A stretch of DNA of 64,000 nt. It comes from an uncultured Thermoproteaceae archaeon (GTDB lineage: Archaea > Thermoproteota > Thermoprotei > Thermoproteales > Thermocladiaceae). A program made the position numbers and the translations under genes. Positions 31,418 through 41,619 of this stretch are shown here, piece after piece. The notes under the pieces were generated by a model, which saw only the letters and a list, made by a program, of their open reading frames with translations, was not told where the DNA came from and did no database searches. Location: contig CAZNTG010000006.1 in assembly GCA_964575955.1 (NCBI GenBank), positions 416,001 to 480,000 of the forward strand, in the 5' to 3' direction. Position 1 is the stretch's first letter. Each line of letters starts with the position of its first letter.

Positions 31418-32272
31418 ATGTCAACAGGAGACTTTATACCATACTACTCCTACTATGTTGATCCCGTACTAGTATTAATACTTGGTGCAATATGCTCAAT
31501 AATACCTGCAATAATATTGATAATAGGATTATATAGAATGTACCAATTTGTAAAACCATCACTTGGAGATCGTAGACAGAATGTTATTAAAGCATTTTTC
31601 TATACATTAATTGAAGAATTTATAATACATAGAAATCTTTCAAAATGTAGACCTGAATGGACTAGATGGATTTTACATCAGATGGTTCTATGGGGTATGG
31701 TTATTCTTGTCGGCTGTACAGGTTTTGACGCAATTGTCGATCATGAAGATATTCTCCTCTGTGGTCTTGCAAATCCATACCTAAAACCTATTGCTGAAGC
31801 AATGTTACCACCATATCTACACAATGTTCCTCTAAGTGCTGCAATTGCTGCATGTGGTAGAGTTATGCATACACTTGCAGACCCTGTAAAGATTCTATAC
31901 AACATTGGTGGTATATTACTAGTAGCTGGATGTATAGGTCTTATTGTTAGAAGATTTGTAAATAAGGATGCTCGTGAATGTGTTATAGCATACGACTGGT
32001 ATTTACTAGTATTACTGACATTCGTAGGTGTTTCAGGTTATGTTGCAGAGATTCTTAGATTAATAGCATACACATACTGGAAGATGGGACTTACAACAAT
32101 TGCAGCATACTTCTTCTATCCTGGTCTAGTAATATATTGTGCACATCTAATATCTGTAGCAATACTATTCCTATCAATACCATTTACAAAGACTGCACAT
32201 GTAGTATATAGATTCTTCGCACTACTATGGGTAAGGTATAGAGGTATTAGAGCTACAGAGTTAGTAGTTTAA
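31418..32272 (+). CDS. QmoC membrane (heme b, NarI/HdrE-like) domain as a separate gene
   Basis: About 5-6 hydrophobic helices; His in WILHQ, CAHL and FTKTAHVVYR; DPVKILYNIGG. Confidence 0.82.
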   Translation: MSTGDFIPYYSYYVDPVLVLILGAICSIIPAIILIIGLYRMYQFVKPSLGDRRQNVIKAFFYTLIEEFIIHRNLSKCRPEWTRWILHQMVLWGMVILVGCTGFDAIVDHEDILLCGLANPYLKPIAEAMLPPYLHNVPLSAAIAACGRVMHTLADPVKILYNIGGILLVAGCIGLIVRRFVNKDARECVIAYDWYLLVLLTFVGVSGYVAEILRLIAYTYWKMGLTTIAAYFFYPGLVIYCAHLISVAILFLSIPFTKTAHVVYRFFALLWVRYRGIRATELVV

Positions 32273-32301
32273 ATATAGGTTATCGAGATATGATATGCAA
32301 T

Positions 32302-32355
32302 ATGATGAGTTCAGCGGAATATAGAACGATAGATGAGTGTAGGGTCAGTGGCTGA
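32302..32355 (+). ncRNA. C/D box sRNA candidate
   Basis: ATGATGA box C at 32302, internal TAGATGA C'-like box, CTGA box D at 32352; 54 nt, mostly intergenic. Confidence 0.65.
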
Positions 32356-32869
32356 TCATATAGAGACATCTACCAGACTCATCACGCTTAATAATGACTT
32401 TTCCACATGTCTCTAATATTCTTAAAGCTGTTGAAACTCTATCTGCTCTCTCACCTACAGAATCTGCAATAGTCTTCAAATTAGACTCTCTACCAATATC
32501 TTTCAACTTCTTCTCAACAAGATCTACAAGATCTCTACTAACAACTCTGACAGTAGCTCTATCATTTAGAAGTCTAACAAGAATCATAGAATCACCTTCC
32601 TGAATTACAAATCTCCTATCTTTAACACATATAACCTTTCTACATACTTGATCTACAACTTCAGGATCTATTTTAAACATACCATCTTCACACTCAACAA
32701 CTATATTAAGCTTCTTCAAAATCCATATTAAAGTTCTTGAAAATCTACTACAAATACCGAGCTTTTCAGATAGTATTTTCCTATCAAACTTCTCAAATTT
32801 TAAAATATAGATTACAGGCACTACCCATGGATATCTAGTAACTATGACTGATATCGGAATTCTAGACAT
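32345..32869 (-). CDS. Hypothetical protein with two wHTH-like segments
   Basis: 174 aa; LKTIADSVGERADRVSTALRILETCGKV. Confidence 0.7.
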   Translation of the reverse strand: MSRIPISVIVTRYPWVVPVIYILKFEKFDRKILSEKLGICSRFSRTLIWILKKLNIVVECEDGMFKIDPEVVDQVCRKVICVKDRRFVIQEGDSMILVRLLNDRATVRVVSRDLVDLVEKKLKDIGRESNLKTIADSVGERADRVSTALRILETCGKVIIKRDESGRCLYMISH

Positions 32870-32948
32870 GTATTACCGAGACTGATAGCTTGAAGTCTTT
32901 AAGCTTAGGTTTTTAAATATTATGTGTATTATCAGTGGTGAGAGATCT

Positions 32949-34034
32949 ATGTCTCGTAGAAAGAAGACTGAAACTACAAGTAGTGGAAGTACAAGCACAG
33001 CATCGACCAGTGTAGAAACTACAACTACAAGTAGTGCAGAGACCAGTGACCCAGCAACACAATCATCATCACAGACAAATCCACTAGAGTCTGAATATGC
33101 TATGATGGATGTTGAAGAAATTGATGGTGTTGGTAGAGTAACGGCACAGAAGCTTCGTGAAGCTGGATATCTAACTGTTAGAGATGTAGCATTTGCAAGT
33201 GTTAAAGAGCTTGCTGAAGTTATAGGTAGTGAAGATAGAGCATATCAAATAATTAGAGCAGCACAGAAGTTGTTAAGAATTAAGCCGTTCGTAACAGCAC
33301 TAGAACTTTACGAACGTAGGAGAAATATAAAGAAGATAAGCACAGGTGTCAGATCACTAGACGAACTACTTGGAGGTGGTATTGAGACTAGAGCAATTAC
33401 AGAATTTGTAGGTGAGTTTGGTGCAGGTAAGACACAGCTATGTCACCAACTTGCAGTAATGGTACAACTTCCAGAAGATAAAGGTGGACTAAACGCTAAA
33501 GCATTATACATAGATACTGAAGGAACATTCAGACCTGAGAGGATTATGCAAATAGCAAAGTACCGTGGTCTAGATCCAAAAGAAGCACTTAAAGGAATTC
33601 TATATGCAAGAGCCTACAACAGCGATCACCAAATGATGATTGTTGATGAAGCTAGAAAGATAATAGATAAGGAGAACATTAGACTGATAATAATTGACTC
33701 ATTAATATCACACTTCAGAGCTGAATATCCAGGAAGAGAAAATCTTGCAGAAAGACAGCAGAAGTTGAATCAACACATATCACAACTATTGAGAATTGCA
33801 GATATACACAACGTAGCTGTAGTAGTTACAAATCAAGTAATTGCACAACCTGACGTATTCTTTGGAAATCCACTAAAACCTGCTGGAGGTAACGTACTTG
33901 CACATGGAGCAACATATAGAATATGGTTAAGAAAGAGTAAGGAGAGTATTAGAATTGCAAAGATATTTGACAGTCCAATGCATCCTGAGCGTGAAGTAAC
34001 ATTTAAGATAACTGAAAATGGATGTGTAGACTAG
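32949..34034 (+). CDS. radA: DNA repair and recombination protein RadA
   Basis: [34 protein letters not shown]; Ser/Thr-rich N-terminus; ATG 32949 follows GGTGA. Confidence 0.98.
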   Translation: MSRRKKTETTSSGSTSTASTSVETTTTSSAETSDPATQSSSQTNPLESEYAMMDVEEIDGVGRVTAQKLREAGYLTVRDVAFASVKELAEVIGSEDRAYQIIRAAQKLLRIKPFVTALELYERRRNIKKISTGVRSLDELLGGGIETRAITEFVGEFGAGKTQLCHQLAVMVQLPEDKGGLNAKALYIDTEGTFRPERIMQIAKYRGLDPKEALKGILYARAYNSDHQMMIVDEARKIIDKENIRLIIIDSLISHFRAEYPGRENLAERQQKLNQHISQLLRIADIHNVAVVVTNQVIAQPDVFFGNPLKPAGGNVLAHGATYRIWLRKSKESIRIAKIFDSPMHPEREVTFKITENGCVD

Positions 34035-34041
34035 AATATTA

Positions 34042-34623
34042 ATGCCATATTTCTTCGGTATAAAAACTCCCCTCTCCAATATAGATATTGTTGATAAAAT
34101 TAATAACATCATAACAACACTACCTGTAGAACCTATACCTAGAGAACTTATACACATAACAATACTATACGTGGGTAAGTATAAAATTCCTAATGAAGTA
34201 ATTGAGAAAATTGAGAAAGATTTAATAAATATTGGCTATGTCAAGTTCAAAATTACAGATATTGTAGATATATACCCAAATATGTCAAAACCTAGAGCTA
34301 TAGTATTGAAAGTTGAAGATATTCAAAATAGACTTTCAAAAGTTAGAGGTATAATAATGAGTAGATTGAGAGAATTTAAAATTCCAATAGAGGACAAGTA
34401 TATTCATACATTTTCTCCACATATTACAATTGGGAGAATTAGAAGTAAGATAGATATGTTACAGGTTAGAGATATTGTTGAGATTGTTAGTGAGAGTGTT
34501 AGAGGTTATTCGAAGATTGTAGATGTAGATTTTATAGAACTTATAGATTCTTCAGATGGTTTATATAGAACAATGAGAAAGATATTTCTTAATCCTCAAA
34601 AACAAGATCTAGATACTCTCTAA
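34042..34623 (+). CDS. thpR: RNA 2',3'-cyclic phosphodiesterase (2H family)
   Basis: Two HxT motifs: HITI and PHITIGR. Confidence 0.85.
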   Translation: MPYFFGIKTPLSNIDIVDKINNIITTLPVEPIPRELIHITILYVGKYKIPNEVIEKIEKDLINIGYVKFKITDIVDIYPNMSKPRAIVLKVEDIQNRLSKVRGIIMSRLREFKIPIEDKYIHTFSPHITIGRIRSKIDMLQVRDIVEIVSESVRGYSKIVDVDFIELIDSSDGLYRTMRKIFLNPQKQDLDTL

Positions 34624-35350
34624 TATTTTCGAAGTAGAAGTTGTTTCTTGAGAATGATCTAAAATCATCATACTTATCTAGAAAACTTCTTCCATATTCA
34701 CTCATTATATTCGTAAATTTTCTAGTTTCTAAAAATAGTCTTGAACCAATATCTCTATATCCAGCTAATTCAAAACTTATTGGAATATCCCAGCAAAGTG
34801 CTTCTAATGCTCTTACTTTAGGATTTGTTTTTATATCTTCTGCGATATTTACAATATCTTTAGCATTGTTATGAAATTCTTGTGCAATAATTTCTTTATA
34901 TCTTCTAGATACTAGTAAGCTATCTACAAGTCTTAATATTATTGCTGTAGATAACATTGCATCTAGAGGTGATATTTTATCAATATTTTCGGGTATAGCC
35001 CATCTTTCAACGTGTATTGGATCCATAATTACTTCATATGTTGTTAATTCTCTAGCAATCTCCAATCTCAATTCATCAATACTCATGTTTACAAAATCTT
35101 TTCTAATAGATAGTACTGGTTCTAGAGTATCATAATCTATGAATAGTTTTATAGGTTTTTCATCATATTCAACATTCTTCTCAATACCTAATATACTTCT
35201 AACAACATCATGAGAATCTACAACATGTACAATCAACACATCAGGAAGTATGTAAACATCTTTTATAACATTCTTTATAATCTTCTCTAAAACATCGAGA
35301 TGATCCTTATGAATATCTGAACTTACTATAAGTTCAAGTCTAGTATTCAC
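34589..35350 (-). CDS. Hypothetical protein
   Basis: 253 aa ORF with normal codon use. Confidence 0.75.
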   Translation of the reverse strand: MNTRLELIVSSDIHKDHLDVLEKIIKNVIKDVYILPDVLIVHVVDSHDVVRSILGIEKNVEYDEKPIKLFIDYDTLEPVLSIRKDFVNMSIDELRLEIARELTTYEVIMDPIHVERWAIPENIDKISPLDAMLSTAIILRLVDSLLVSRRYKEIIAQEFHNNAKDIVNIAEDIKTNPKVRALEALCWDIPISFELAGYRDIGSRLFLETRKFTNIMSEYGRSFLDKYDDFRSFSRNNFYFENIREYLDLVFED

Positions 35351-35390
35351 AATCTTTCTAAAGCTTTAGAAATTTAAAAATCTTAGAAAT

Positions 35391-35446
35391 TCAGCACTGC
35401 CGGCGTATCTTCATATGTCTAGAGTGGCCACGGAGCAGTCATCATC
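35391..35446 (-). ncRNA. C/D box sRNA, probable 16S rRNA guides
   Basis: ATGATGA-CTGCTCCGTGGCCACT-CTAGA-C-ATATGAAGA-TACGCCGGCAGTG-CTGA; GC-rich guides in AT-rich intergenic DNA. Confidence 0.85.
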
Positions 35447-35475
35447 TATGACCTATGTCTACTAGGATAAATATA

Positions 35476-35527
35476 TCAGTTGCGAGAAGTCCTTCATCAC
35501 CACTCATCACAGTCCTGGGCTCATCAT
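35476..35527 (-). ncRNA. C/D box sRNA
   Basis: ATGATGA-GCCCAGGACTGTG-ATGA-GTG-GTGATGA-AGGACTTCTCGCAA-CTGA; all four boxes present. Confidence 0.85.
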
Positions 35528-35572
35528 CTTACATATATTTATATAGTGGAAGTAGAATCCTACAGTACTCTC

Positions 35573-36349
35573 ATGCTTCCAATAATATCAATCTTAGGTT
35601 ATAAAGATTCAGGTAAGACAAGATTAATATCACAGATATGTGCTAAGTTGATAGATAAGGGATTTAAAATACTTCCTGTTAAGCATATTCCACATAAAGA
35701 CTTCACAATTAACAATACTGACAAAGATACATCAAAATTAAGAAAGTATTGTAGATATTCTGCATATTTTGCTGAAAGTCTGGAGTTCGGTCTCATAATA
35801 TCTAACTTCAATAGAGATGAATTATTTGAAACATTATTAAAAATATACAACACTCTACAACTAGACTTAATAATACTTGAAGGATTTTCAAAATATGTCT
35901 TAAAAAATGACAAGATTATCAAGATTGTATGTGTTAAGAATATTGAAGATATAGAAGATTTCTATGGTGAAGGTATTCATATATTTTGCTCATTTAATAT
36001 TAAGTCAAGCACAATATTAAAATTACCTGAAGATATTAATATATTGATAAACTTCATTGAAAGATTTATAAGTATATTCAAGATCTTTAATAGACTTCCA
36101 AAATTAGACTGTGGTAAGTGTGGACTATCTTGTTGGAAGATGGCTGAGAAGATATTTAGAGGTGAAGCAAGACTTGAAGATTGTCATAATTTATCTAATG
36201 TTGAGATATATGTAGATGGTAGATCTATAAAGTTGAATAGATTTGTTCAAAATATTGTAAGAAATGTTATGTATGGAATATTGAAGTCTTTGAAAGATGT
36301 TCCTGATATATATTCAGAAGTTTTTGTTAGAATTAGAGAGTTATCATGA
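35573..36349 (+). CDS. mobB: Molybdopterin-guanine dinucleotide biosynthesis protein B with Fe-S domain
   Basis: GYKDSGKT, VKH, KDT, LEGF, LPKLDCGKCG..C, LNRFVQ; ATG 35573 preferred. Confidence 0.88.
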   Translation: MLPIISILGYKDSGKTRLISQICAKLIDKGFKILPVKHIPHKDFTINNTDKDTSKLRKYCRYSAYFAESLEFGLIISNFNRDELFETLLKIYNTLQLDLIILEGFSKYVLKNDKIIKIVCVKNIEDIEDFYGEGIHIFCSFNIKSSTILKLPEDINILINFIERFISIFKIFNRLPKLDCGKCGLSCWKMAEKIFRGEARLEDCHNLSNVEIYVDGRSIKLNRFVQNIVRNVMYGILKSLKDVPDIYSEVFVRIRELS

Positions 36350-37153
36350 TTATTTTACAATTTTTGTTCCTCTACCTTCTAATGCTTCCTGTATAGGTCT
36401 TTCTCTAAGACCATTATATAGTACTACGTTGATCCCTTCTTTAGCTATCTGTGATGCCATGTATAATTTTCTTTTCATTCCTCCACGAACTTCTTCACTT
36501 TCTTTAAATATCTTTTCAGCTTCTTGTGATGTTAATTTATCAACAACTTTACCATTTATTAATAGTCCATCTACATCTAGCAATATTATACAGTATTGTG
36601 GTTTTATGCTTAAAGATATCATGTATGTTACTTGGTCACTATCTACATTTAGCATTGTTCCTCTACTATCTACTGCTATTGGTGCAATTACTGGTAGATA
36701 TCCTTTCTCTAAAATTGTGTTTAGTAATTCTACATTTACGTTAATTATCTTACCTGTATATCCACCATCAATAACTCTTTGTCTTCCTCTCTCATCTACA
36801 ATTATTATATTCTCTTTTCTTTTAGCTAGAAGAATCTTACCATCAATTCCTGAAAGTCCTACAGCATTTACACCTAATTCTAGAAGTTTTGAAACTATCA
36901 TCTTGTTAATCCACATCATACCCATCACATAGCACCAAAGAGTATTCCAATCTGTATATCTACTAACAACTCCACTAGGACTTTTTACAAATATTGGCTT
37001 AATGTTTAGTTTCTCCATAAGCTCTGTAACGTAGTAACCACCACCGTGTACTAGTACTATCTTATGGCCCTTATCTACAAGTTCTTTTAAATCTTTTAAT
37101 ACATTATCAACACCTTTACGTATTACCGAACCACCAACTTTTACAAGGATCGT
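36350..37153 (-). CDS. lysZ: [LysW]-aminoadipate/glutamate kinase (acetylglutamate kinase family)
   Basis: In-frame ILVKVGGS and VLVHGGG upstream of the ORF-track ATG (37018); SPSGVVSRYTD, GLSGIDG, NVDSD, GGMKRKL; true start uncertain. Confidence 0.85.
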   Translation of the reverse strand, partial: TILVKVGGSVIRKGVDNVLKDLKELVDKGHKIVLVHGGGYYVTELMEKLNIKPIFVKSPSGVVSRYTDWNTLWCYVMGMMWINKMIVSKLLELGVNAVGLSGIDGKILLAKRKENIIIVDERGRQRVIDGGYTGKIINVNVELLNTILEKGYLPVIAPIAVDSRGTMLNVDSDQVTYMISLSIKPQYCIILLDVDGLLINGKVVDKLTSQEAEKIFKESEEVRGGMKRKLYMASQIAKEGINVVLYNGLRERPIQEALEGRGTKIVK

Positions 37154-37213
37154 GGCAAAGATTGACCACCCACTCTGAATGATTGTGAATATTTTTAAGC
37201 TATACTATGTAAC

Positions 37214-37675
37214 CTATTCTCCTGTACTTGATGTCTGTATTGTTGTTTTCTCTCTTTCCTCTAAGTACCTCTCAACAAGTTCGTCAATAGTCTTCTTAAC
37301 CTCATCTTTAGGTAATGCTGATGCTAGTAGATCAACTATCTCTCTTAGTTTTAACTCAACTTTAGATTTGACATTATCAATATAGAATTCTCTTCCCTTC
37401 TCTGTCAGGTTGTAGTACACTTTCAATTTTACACCCTTAACCTCTACCTGCTTATTAACAAGACCAAGATTTACAAGCTTATTCAATACCTGTGTAAGTG
37501 TTGCCTTACTCATAGATTTCCTTCCCTGTCTGGCTCTTCTCTTAGATATCTCTGCCAGAATATCACTCCAGGTCAATTTACAGTCTGGCGACTTACATAG
37601 CTCACACATAACACTTAGAACTTCAAACTCACTCTCAGTAAGTTCAACTTTCTGAATCTCTGCCACATTATCCAA
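37214..37675 (-). CDS. MarR/HxlR-like winged HTH regulator
   Basis: MSKATLTQVLNKLVNLGLV...YYNLTEKG. Confidence 0.8.
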   Translation of the reverse strand: MDNVAEIQKVELTESEFEVLSVMCELCKSPDCKLTWSDILAEISKRRARQGRKSMSKATLTQVLNKLVNLGLVNKQVEVKGVKLKVYYNLTEKGREFYIDNVKSKVELKLREIVDLLASALPKDEVKKTIDELVERYLEEREKTTIQTSSTGE

Positions 37676-37750
37676 AGCTTACTAGTTCCTTATAAATCTT
37701 AGTTTTAGGAAAGTTAGAGCACTTACATGGAGAATACTGGTTTATCAAAT

Positions 37751-38809
37751 CTATGTAGTTACACTTCTTTCTCTCCTAACCTTCTCTATAAATTCAGGAA
37801 CAATGTACTTATTTATTATGTCCATTATCATCCTCTTAGACACTTCCTGATCTATAGCAGATATCTCATACACATCTTTAACTACTCTAGATACTTGACT
37901 TTTAGCTCTTTCAATCTCTTCTTTTGAAGCTATGTCAATCTTATTTATAACAGCAACTATAGGTATATTATTGAAGTTTTGAACAATCTCCTCAAGAAGT
38001 TTAATCTGTCTCTCAATCTCATAACCTGAGTGTAATGTTGGGTCAACTATGAATAGTATTATCTTTGCAAGATGTTTTAATGCAAGAACAGCCTGTCTCT
38101 CAATCTTGTTCATTTCACTAATAGGTCTATCAAGAAGACCTGGAGTATCTATTATCTGTACTATAGCATCACCGTATAGTCTAATATGTCCAACATGTAT
38201 TTCCTTAGTAGTGAATGGGTATTCAGCAACTTCAGGTTTTGCTGAAGATACAGCTCTGACAAGACTAGACTTACCAACATTAGGCATTCCAGCCACAACT
38301 ATAGTATACAATTCAGGATTTATTGATGGAAGCTTCTTAATCTTTCTAACAGCATCTCTCAAATACTCTAATTCAGGTGCTATATCTTCAATAAGATCTA
38401 TAATTCTTCCAATAAACATCTTCCTAGCCTTAATAATCTCTTCACGAGAACCTGCAGTTCTTATCATAAATAATGCATCTCTCTCAATAGCTCTAATAGC
38501 TGTTGGAAGATGTGCAATCTTTCCAAGAGAATGTCTATACATGTTAATATCAATTAGTAGATCGAGAAGTTCTCTATAGAAAGGATGAAGCTTATCTACA
38601 AATGGCATATTCATAACAATATCTCTAGAAAATTCTATCAAATACTTACTAGTCTCCTTAACTCTCCTAATCTCTAATCTTCTCAACTTTATAAATCCAG
38701 GATCAGTAGATGGTGAAGGAACTTCAACAGTCTTATATCTACTAACAATCATCCTAATAAGTTCATCTTTAGAAGGTATGTATGGTAATGGTCTAGTTAC
38801 AATACTCAT
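37751..38809 (-). CDS. NOG1-family GTPase
   Basis: GMPNVGKS, YPFTT, DTPGLLDRP, NKID, HPFYREL. Confidence 0.93.
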   Translation of the reverse strand: MSIVTRPLPYIPSKDELIRMIVSRYKTVEVPSPSTDPGFIKLRRLEIRRVKETSKYLIEFSRDIVMNMPFVDKLHPFYRELLDLLIDINMYRHSLGKIAHLPTAIRAIERDALFMIRTAGSREEIIKARKMFIGRIIDLIEDIAPELEYLRDAVRKIKKLPSINPELYTIVVAGMPNVGKSSLVRAVSSAKPEVAEYPFTTKEIHVGHIRLYGDAIVQIIDTPGLLDRPISEMNKIERQAVLALKHLAKIILFIVDPTLHSGYEIERQIKLLEEIVQNFNNIPIVAVINKIDIASKEEIERAKSQVSRVVKDVYEISAIDQEVSKRMIMDIINKYIVPEFIEKVRRERSVTT

Positions 38810-38867
38810 ACAATCACTATAGCAATATTCACAATTATTCTAAATTTTAAAAAACTTTCCATATGCA

Positions 38868-39365
38868 CTATACAATAACTGAAGTTAGTAAGTACATAGA
38901 TATTGCTAAAATTATTACAAGACCTAGATATGCTAGACATGTTGTATATATAATATTTTCTGCAATATGTTTAACACTTTTCAATACATTTAACTCTCTA
39001 GCAATTACGATACAGAAAGAATTTATTAAAGTTATCAATATTACAAGAGTTAGGGAGTACATGAGTTTAAATAGTGATAATAATATGAAAAGCATTACAA
39101 CTATCGAAAATGTACATATTGTAAATATCAAACTCTTGTTAAAATCTCTCACTTCTCTAATAAATACTCTACCAATATTCGCAAATATTAATGTTATTAA
39201 TGGTGCTAAAACTAATATTAATGCAATCCACTTAACAGCTGTCACATTCTTTATAAAGTATATAACAATTCCAGGTAACGATCCCATTAATGTTGCATGT
39301 ATAGGTTCATATAGATCTGAATATTCTATAACTATGTCTAGTAATGATTTTATAAGTTTACTCAT
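38868..39365 (-). CDS. Hypothetical membrane protein
   Basis: 165 aa with about 4-5 hydrophobic segments. Confidence 0.65.
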   Translation of the reverse strand: MSKLIKSLLDIVIEYSDLYEPIHATLMGSLPGIVIYFIKNVTAVKWIALILVLAPLITLIFANIGRVFIREVRDFNKSLIFTICTFSIVVMLFILLSLFKLMYSLTLVILITLINSFCIVIARELNVLKSVKHIAENIIYTTCLAYLGLVIILAISMYLLTSVIV

Positions 39366-39436
39366 AACCTATATCTATACTCCTATATCTGTAATGTTTT
39401 TAAACTTGAATTTTAAGTATAGTCTAGATTTCTGAA

Positions 39437-39485
39437 GTGATGAGCTACGGATCTGGTGATTGAATGATCGAAATGGGATTGCTGA
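39437..39485 (+). ncRNA. C/D box sRNA candidate
   Basis: GTGATGA-GCTACGGATCTG-GTGA-TTGAATGA-TCGAAATGGGATTG-CTGA, intergenic. Confidence 0.7.
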
Positions 39486-39487
39486 TT

Positions 39488-39652
39488 TTAGTAGTATTTC
39501 TTAAATCCTAACTGCTCAGCAACTTCTCTAAAACATCTTCTACATAGCATTAAACCATACTTTCTAATTATTGCTTCATGTGTTCCACATCTTAGACATC
39601 TCATAGATCCTTTTCCAAACTTTCTCTGTTTTGGTGGTTTTATTTTTGCCAT
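39488..39652 (-). CDS. rps14: 30S ribosomal protein S14 (zinc-binding)
   Basis: [32 protein letters not shown]; real ATG at 39652, the ORF-track extension is spurious. Confidence 0.95.
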   Translation of the reverse strand: MAKIKPPKQRKFGKGSMRCLRCGTHEAIIRKYGLMLCRRCFREVAEQLGFKKYY

Positions 39653-39737
39653 ATGTTTCTCAATATTAGATAGGCATATTAATATCTTACGCACCCATAA
39701 AGAATGAGTTATATTGTTCAAAGAGTATTGAATCAAT

Positions 39738-40148
39738 ATGGGCATAGTATGTGTTAAGGTTAGGATATGTAGTTTAGATAAGTCCAAGTGTGTAGATACT
39801 GAAGCTATTGTAGATACAGGATCTACATTGACTGTCATTCCTAAGAATATTGCAGAAGAGTTAGAGCTTAAGGTTAGGAGAATTGATAAGGTTCTCACAG
39901 GTAGTGGACTTATAAATATTGAAGTTTCTTCAGCAATAATAGAGATTATGGGTAAGGAGACTGTTAATGATGTTTGGATTAGTCCAAGTATTGATAGAGT
40001 ACTTATTGGTGCTGTAACACTTGAATGTCTAGGTCTTAGAGTTGACCCTATAACAGGTAGGCTTGTTGAGACTTTTCAAATGTTCTATCTATCAAATCTA
40101 TGTCAAGTCTCCACAAGTACAGAAGACTTCATATATCAAAGTATGTAG
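39738..40148 (+). CDS. Clan AA (retropepsin-like) aspartic protease
   Basis: AIVDTGS and [16 protein letters not shown]. Confidence 0.85.
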   Translation: MGIVCVKVRICSLDKSKCVDTEAIVDTGSTLTVIPKNIAEELELKVRRIDKVLTGSGLINIEVSSAIIEIMGKETVNDVWISPSIDRVLIGAVTLECLGLRVDPITGRLVETFQMFYLSNLCQVSTSTEDFIYQSM

Positions 40149-40850
40149 ATCTTCAAGACCTTCACCAGTTATTGAACATATCTTAACTATTCTCTGTTTC
40201 TTCTCAATCTTCTTGATAGTATTCCAAAGTTCATATACAAGATCTCTCTCAGTTCCTGCTAACTCTACATCTTTAACATCTATACCTTCATTTAGTATAT
40301 TTTCAACATTTGGATTTAGATCTATCTTAGATATTGCCGTTATTACTGGAACATCTATCCTATACCTGATGGCCAATGCCATAAGTTTTAGAAATGCGAT
40401 ATCTCTAACACTTCTAATAATATCTGCAGGTATTAGAAATACTATACATGATCTAGTTCTTTCTGAAAATAATTTCATAATCTTAATACATGCTTCATGA
40501 AATATTGTTAATTCAAGCTGACCTGGCGTATCTACTAGTATATAGTCATAATCTTCCTTCACATACTCTATAAGATTTTTAATATCATTTTCATACTTTA
40601 ATAAAAGTTCAACACTTCTAATTAATGCTAAATTTGGCCCTATTTTCTCCTCTTTCATTATCTTTGAAACTGTGTAGTATGTTCTAATATCAAAATCTGG
40701 CTCATATGGAATATCTTCAACAGCTGCATCAAGATTTACATAACATACTTTGAAGTTTTGTTCTTCTAAATATCTACCTAAAGTACTTGTTAGTGTAGTT
40801 TTACCACTACCTGCTGGTCCAACTATGAATACTGTCTTTACCCATGTCAC
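40098..40850 (-). CDS. GPN-loop GTPase
   Basis: GPAGSGKTT, NLDAA, GPN, DTPGQLE, SKID. Confidence 0.92.
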   Translation of the reverse strand: MTWVKTVFIVGPAGSGKTTLTSTLGRYLEEQNFKVCYVNLDAAVEDIPYEPDFDIRTYYTVSKIMKEEKIGPNLALIRSVELLLKYENDIKNLIEYVKEDYDYILVDTPGQLELTIFHEACIKIMKLFSERTRSCIVFLIPADIIRSVRDIAFLKLMALAIRYRIDVPVITAISKIDLNPNVENILNEGIDVKDVELAGTERDLVYELWNTIKKIEKKQRIVKICSITGEGLEDLHTLIYEVFCTCGDLT

Positions 40851-40923
40851 ATGTTAATACAGTTTGACATGGTTAAATTCTTACTTTCATGTAGAAGCAG
40901 TTATAAAGGGGTTTTAGATAGCC

Positions 40924-41607
40924 ATGTTAATGTCTTCAGACTTCACTAAAGGTCAACAGTTGAGTAAGGAAAGTGTAGTTCATGAAGTTGCTGGTGTACC
41001 TATCATTGAGGAGTGTCCTAGAGATTTGAAGACTCTTGATGGTCAAGAAATTAAGCTATTCGGTAAGTGGAGCTATGAAGATGTTATTGTTAGAGATCCA
41101 GGACTTAGAAGATATATATGTCTAAAACCTGTACTACTACCACACACAGAGGGTAGATATCAGAAGAGGAGATTTGGAAAAGCTAAGATTCCAATAGTTG
41201 AGAGATTGATAAATCAGTTAATGCATCCTGGTAGAAATTCAGGTAAGAAACATAAAGCATACAACATAGTTAAGAGAGCATTTGACATAATATGGCTTAA
41301 GACAGGTAAGAATCCAATACAGGTACTTGTAGACGCAATAATAAATGCAGCACCTAGAGAAGAAATTACAAGAATAATATATGGAGGTATTGCATATCCA
41401 GTATCAGTAGATGTAGCACCACAGAGAAGAGTAGACCTCGCAATTAGATGGATAACTGAAGGTGCAAGATCATGCGCATACAATAATCCAAAACCAATAG
41501 AAGAATGTCTAGCAGATGAAATTATAGCAGCAGCAAATAACGATCCTAAAAGTTATGCTATAAGAAAGAAGGATGAAGTTGAGAGAATTGCAGCATCAGC
41601 AAGATAA
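40924..41607 (+). CDS. rps7: 30S ribosomal protein S7
   Basis: [40 protein letters not shown]. Confidence 0.97.
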   Translation: MLMSSDFTKGQQLSKESVVHEVAGVPIIEECPRDLKTLDGQEIKLFGKWSYEDVIVRDPGLRRYICLKPVLLPHTEGRYQKRRFGKAKIPIVERLINQLMHPGRNSGKKHKAYNIVKRAFDIIWLKTGKNPIQVLVDAIINAAPREEITRIIYGGIAYPVSVDVAPQRRVDLAIRWITEGARSCAYNNPKPIEECLADEIIAAANNDPKSYAIRKKDEVERIAASAR

Positions 41608-41619
41608 TGTAAAATATTA

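Noticed and set aside
32949-33090. Ser/Thr-rich repeat-like start of radA
   Set aside because: Low-complexity N-terminal extensions are common in crenarchaeal RadA; no intein seen
35480-35572. N-terminal extension of mobB in the ORF track
   Set aside because: Overlaps a C/D sRNA and a TATA-like element; the Walker A position fits ATG 35573
38863-39435. 190-aa plus-strand ORF
   Set aside because: Antisense to a more plausible membrane protein; strand choice rests on hydrophobicity only
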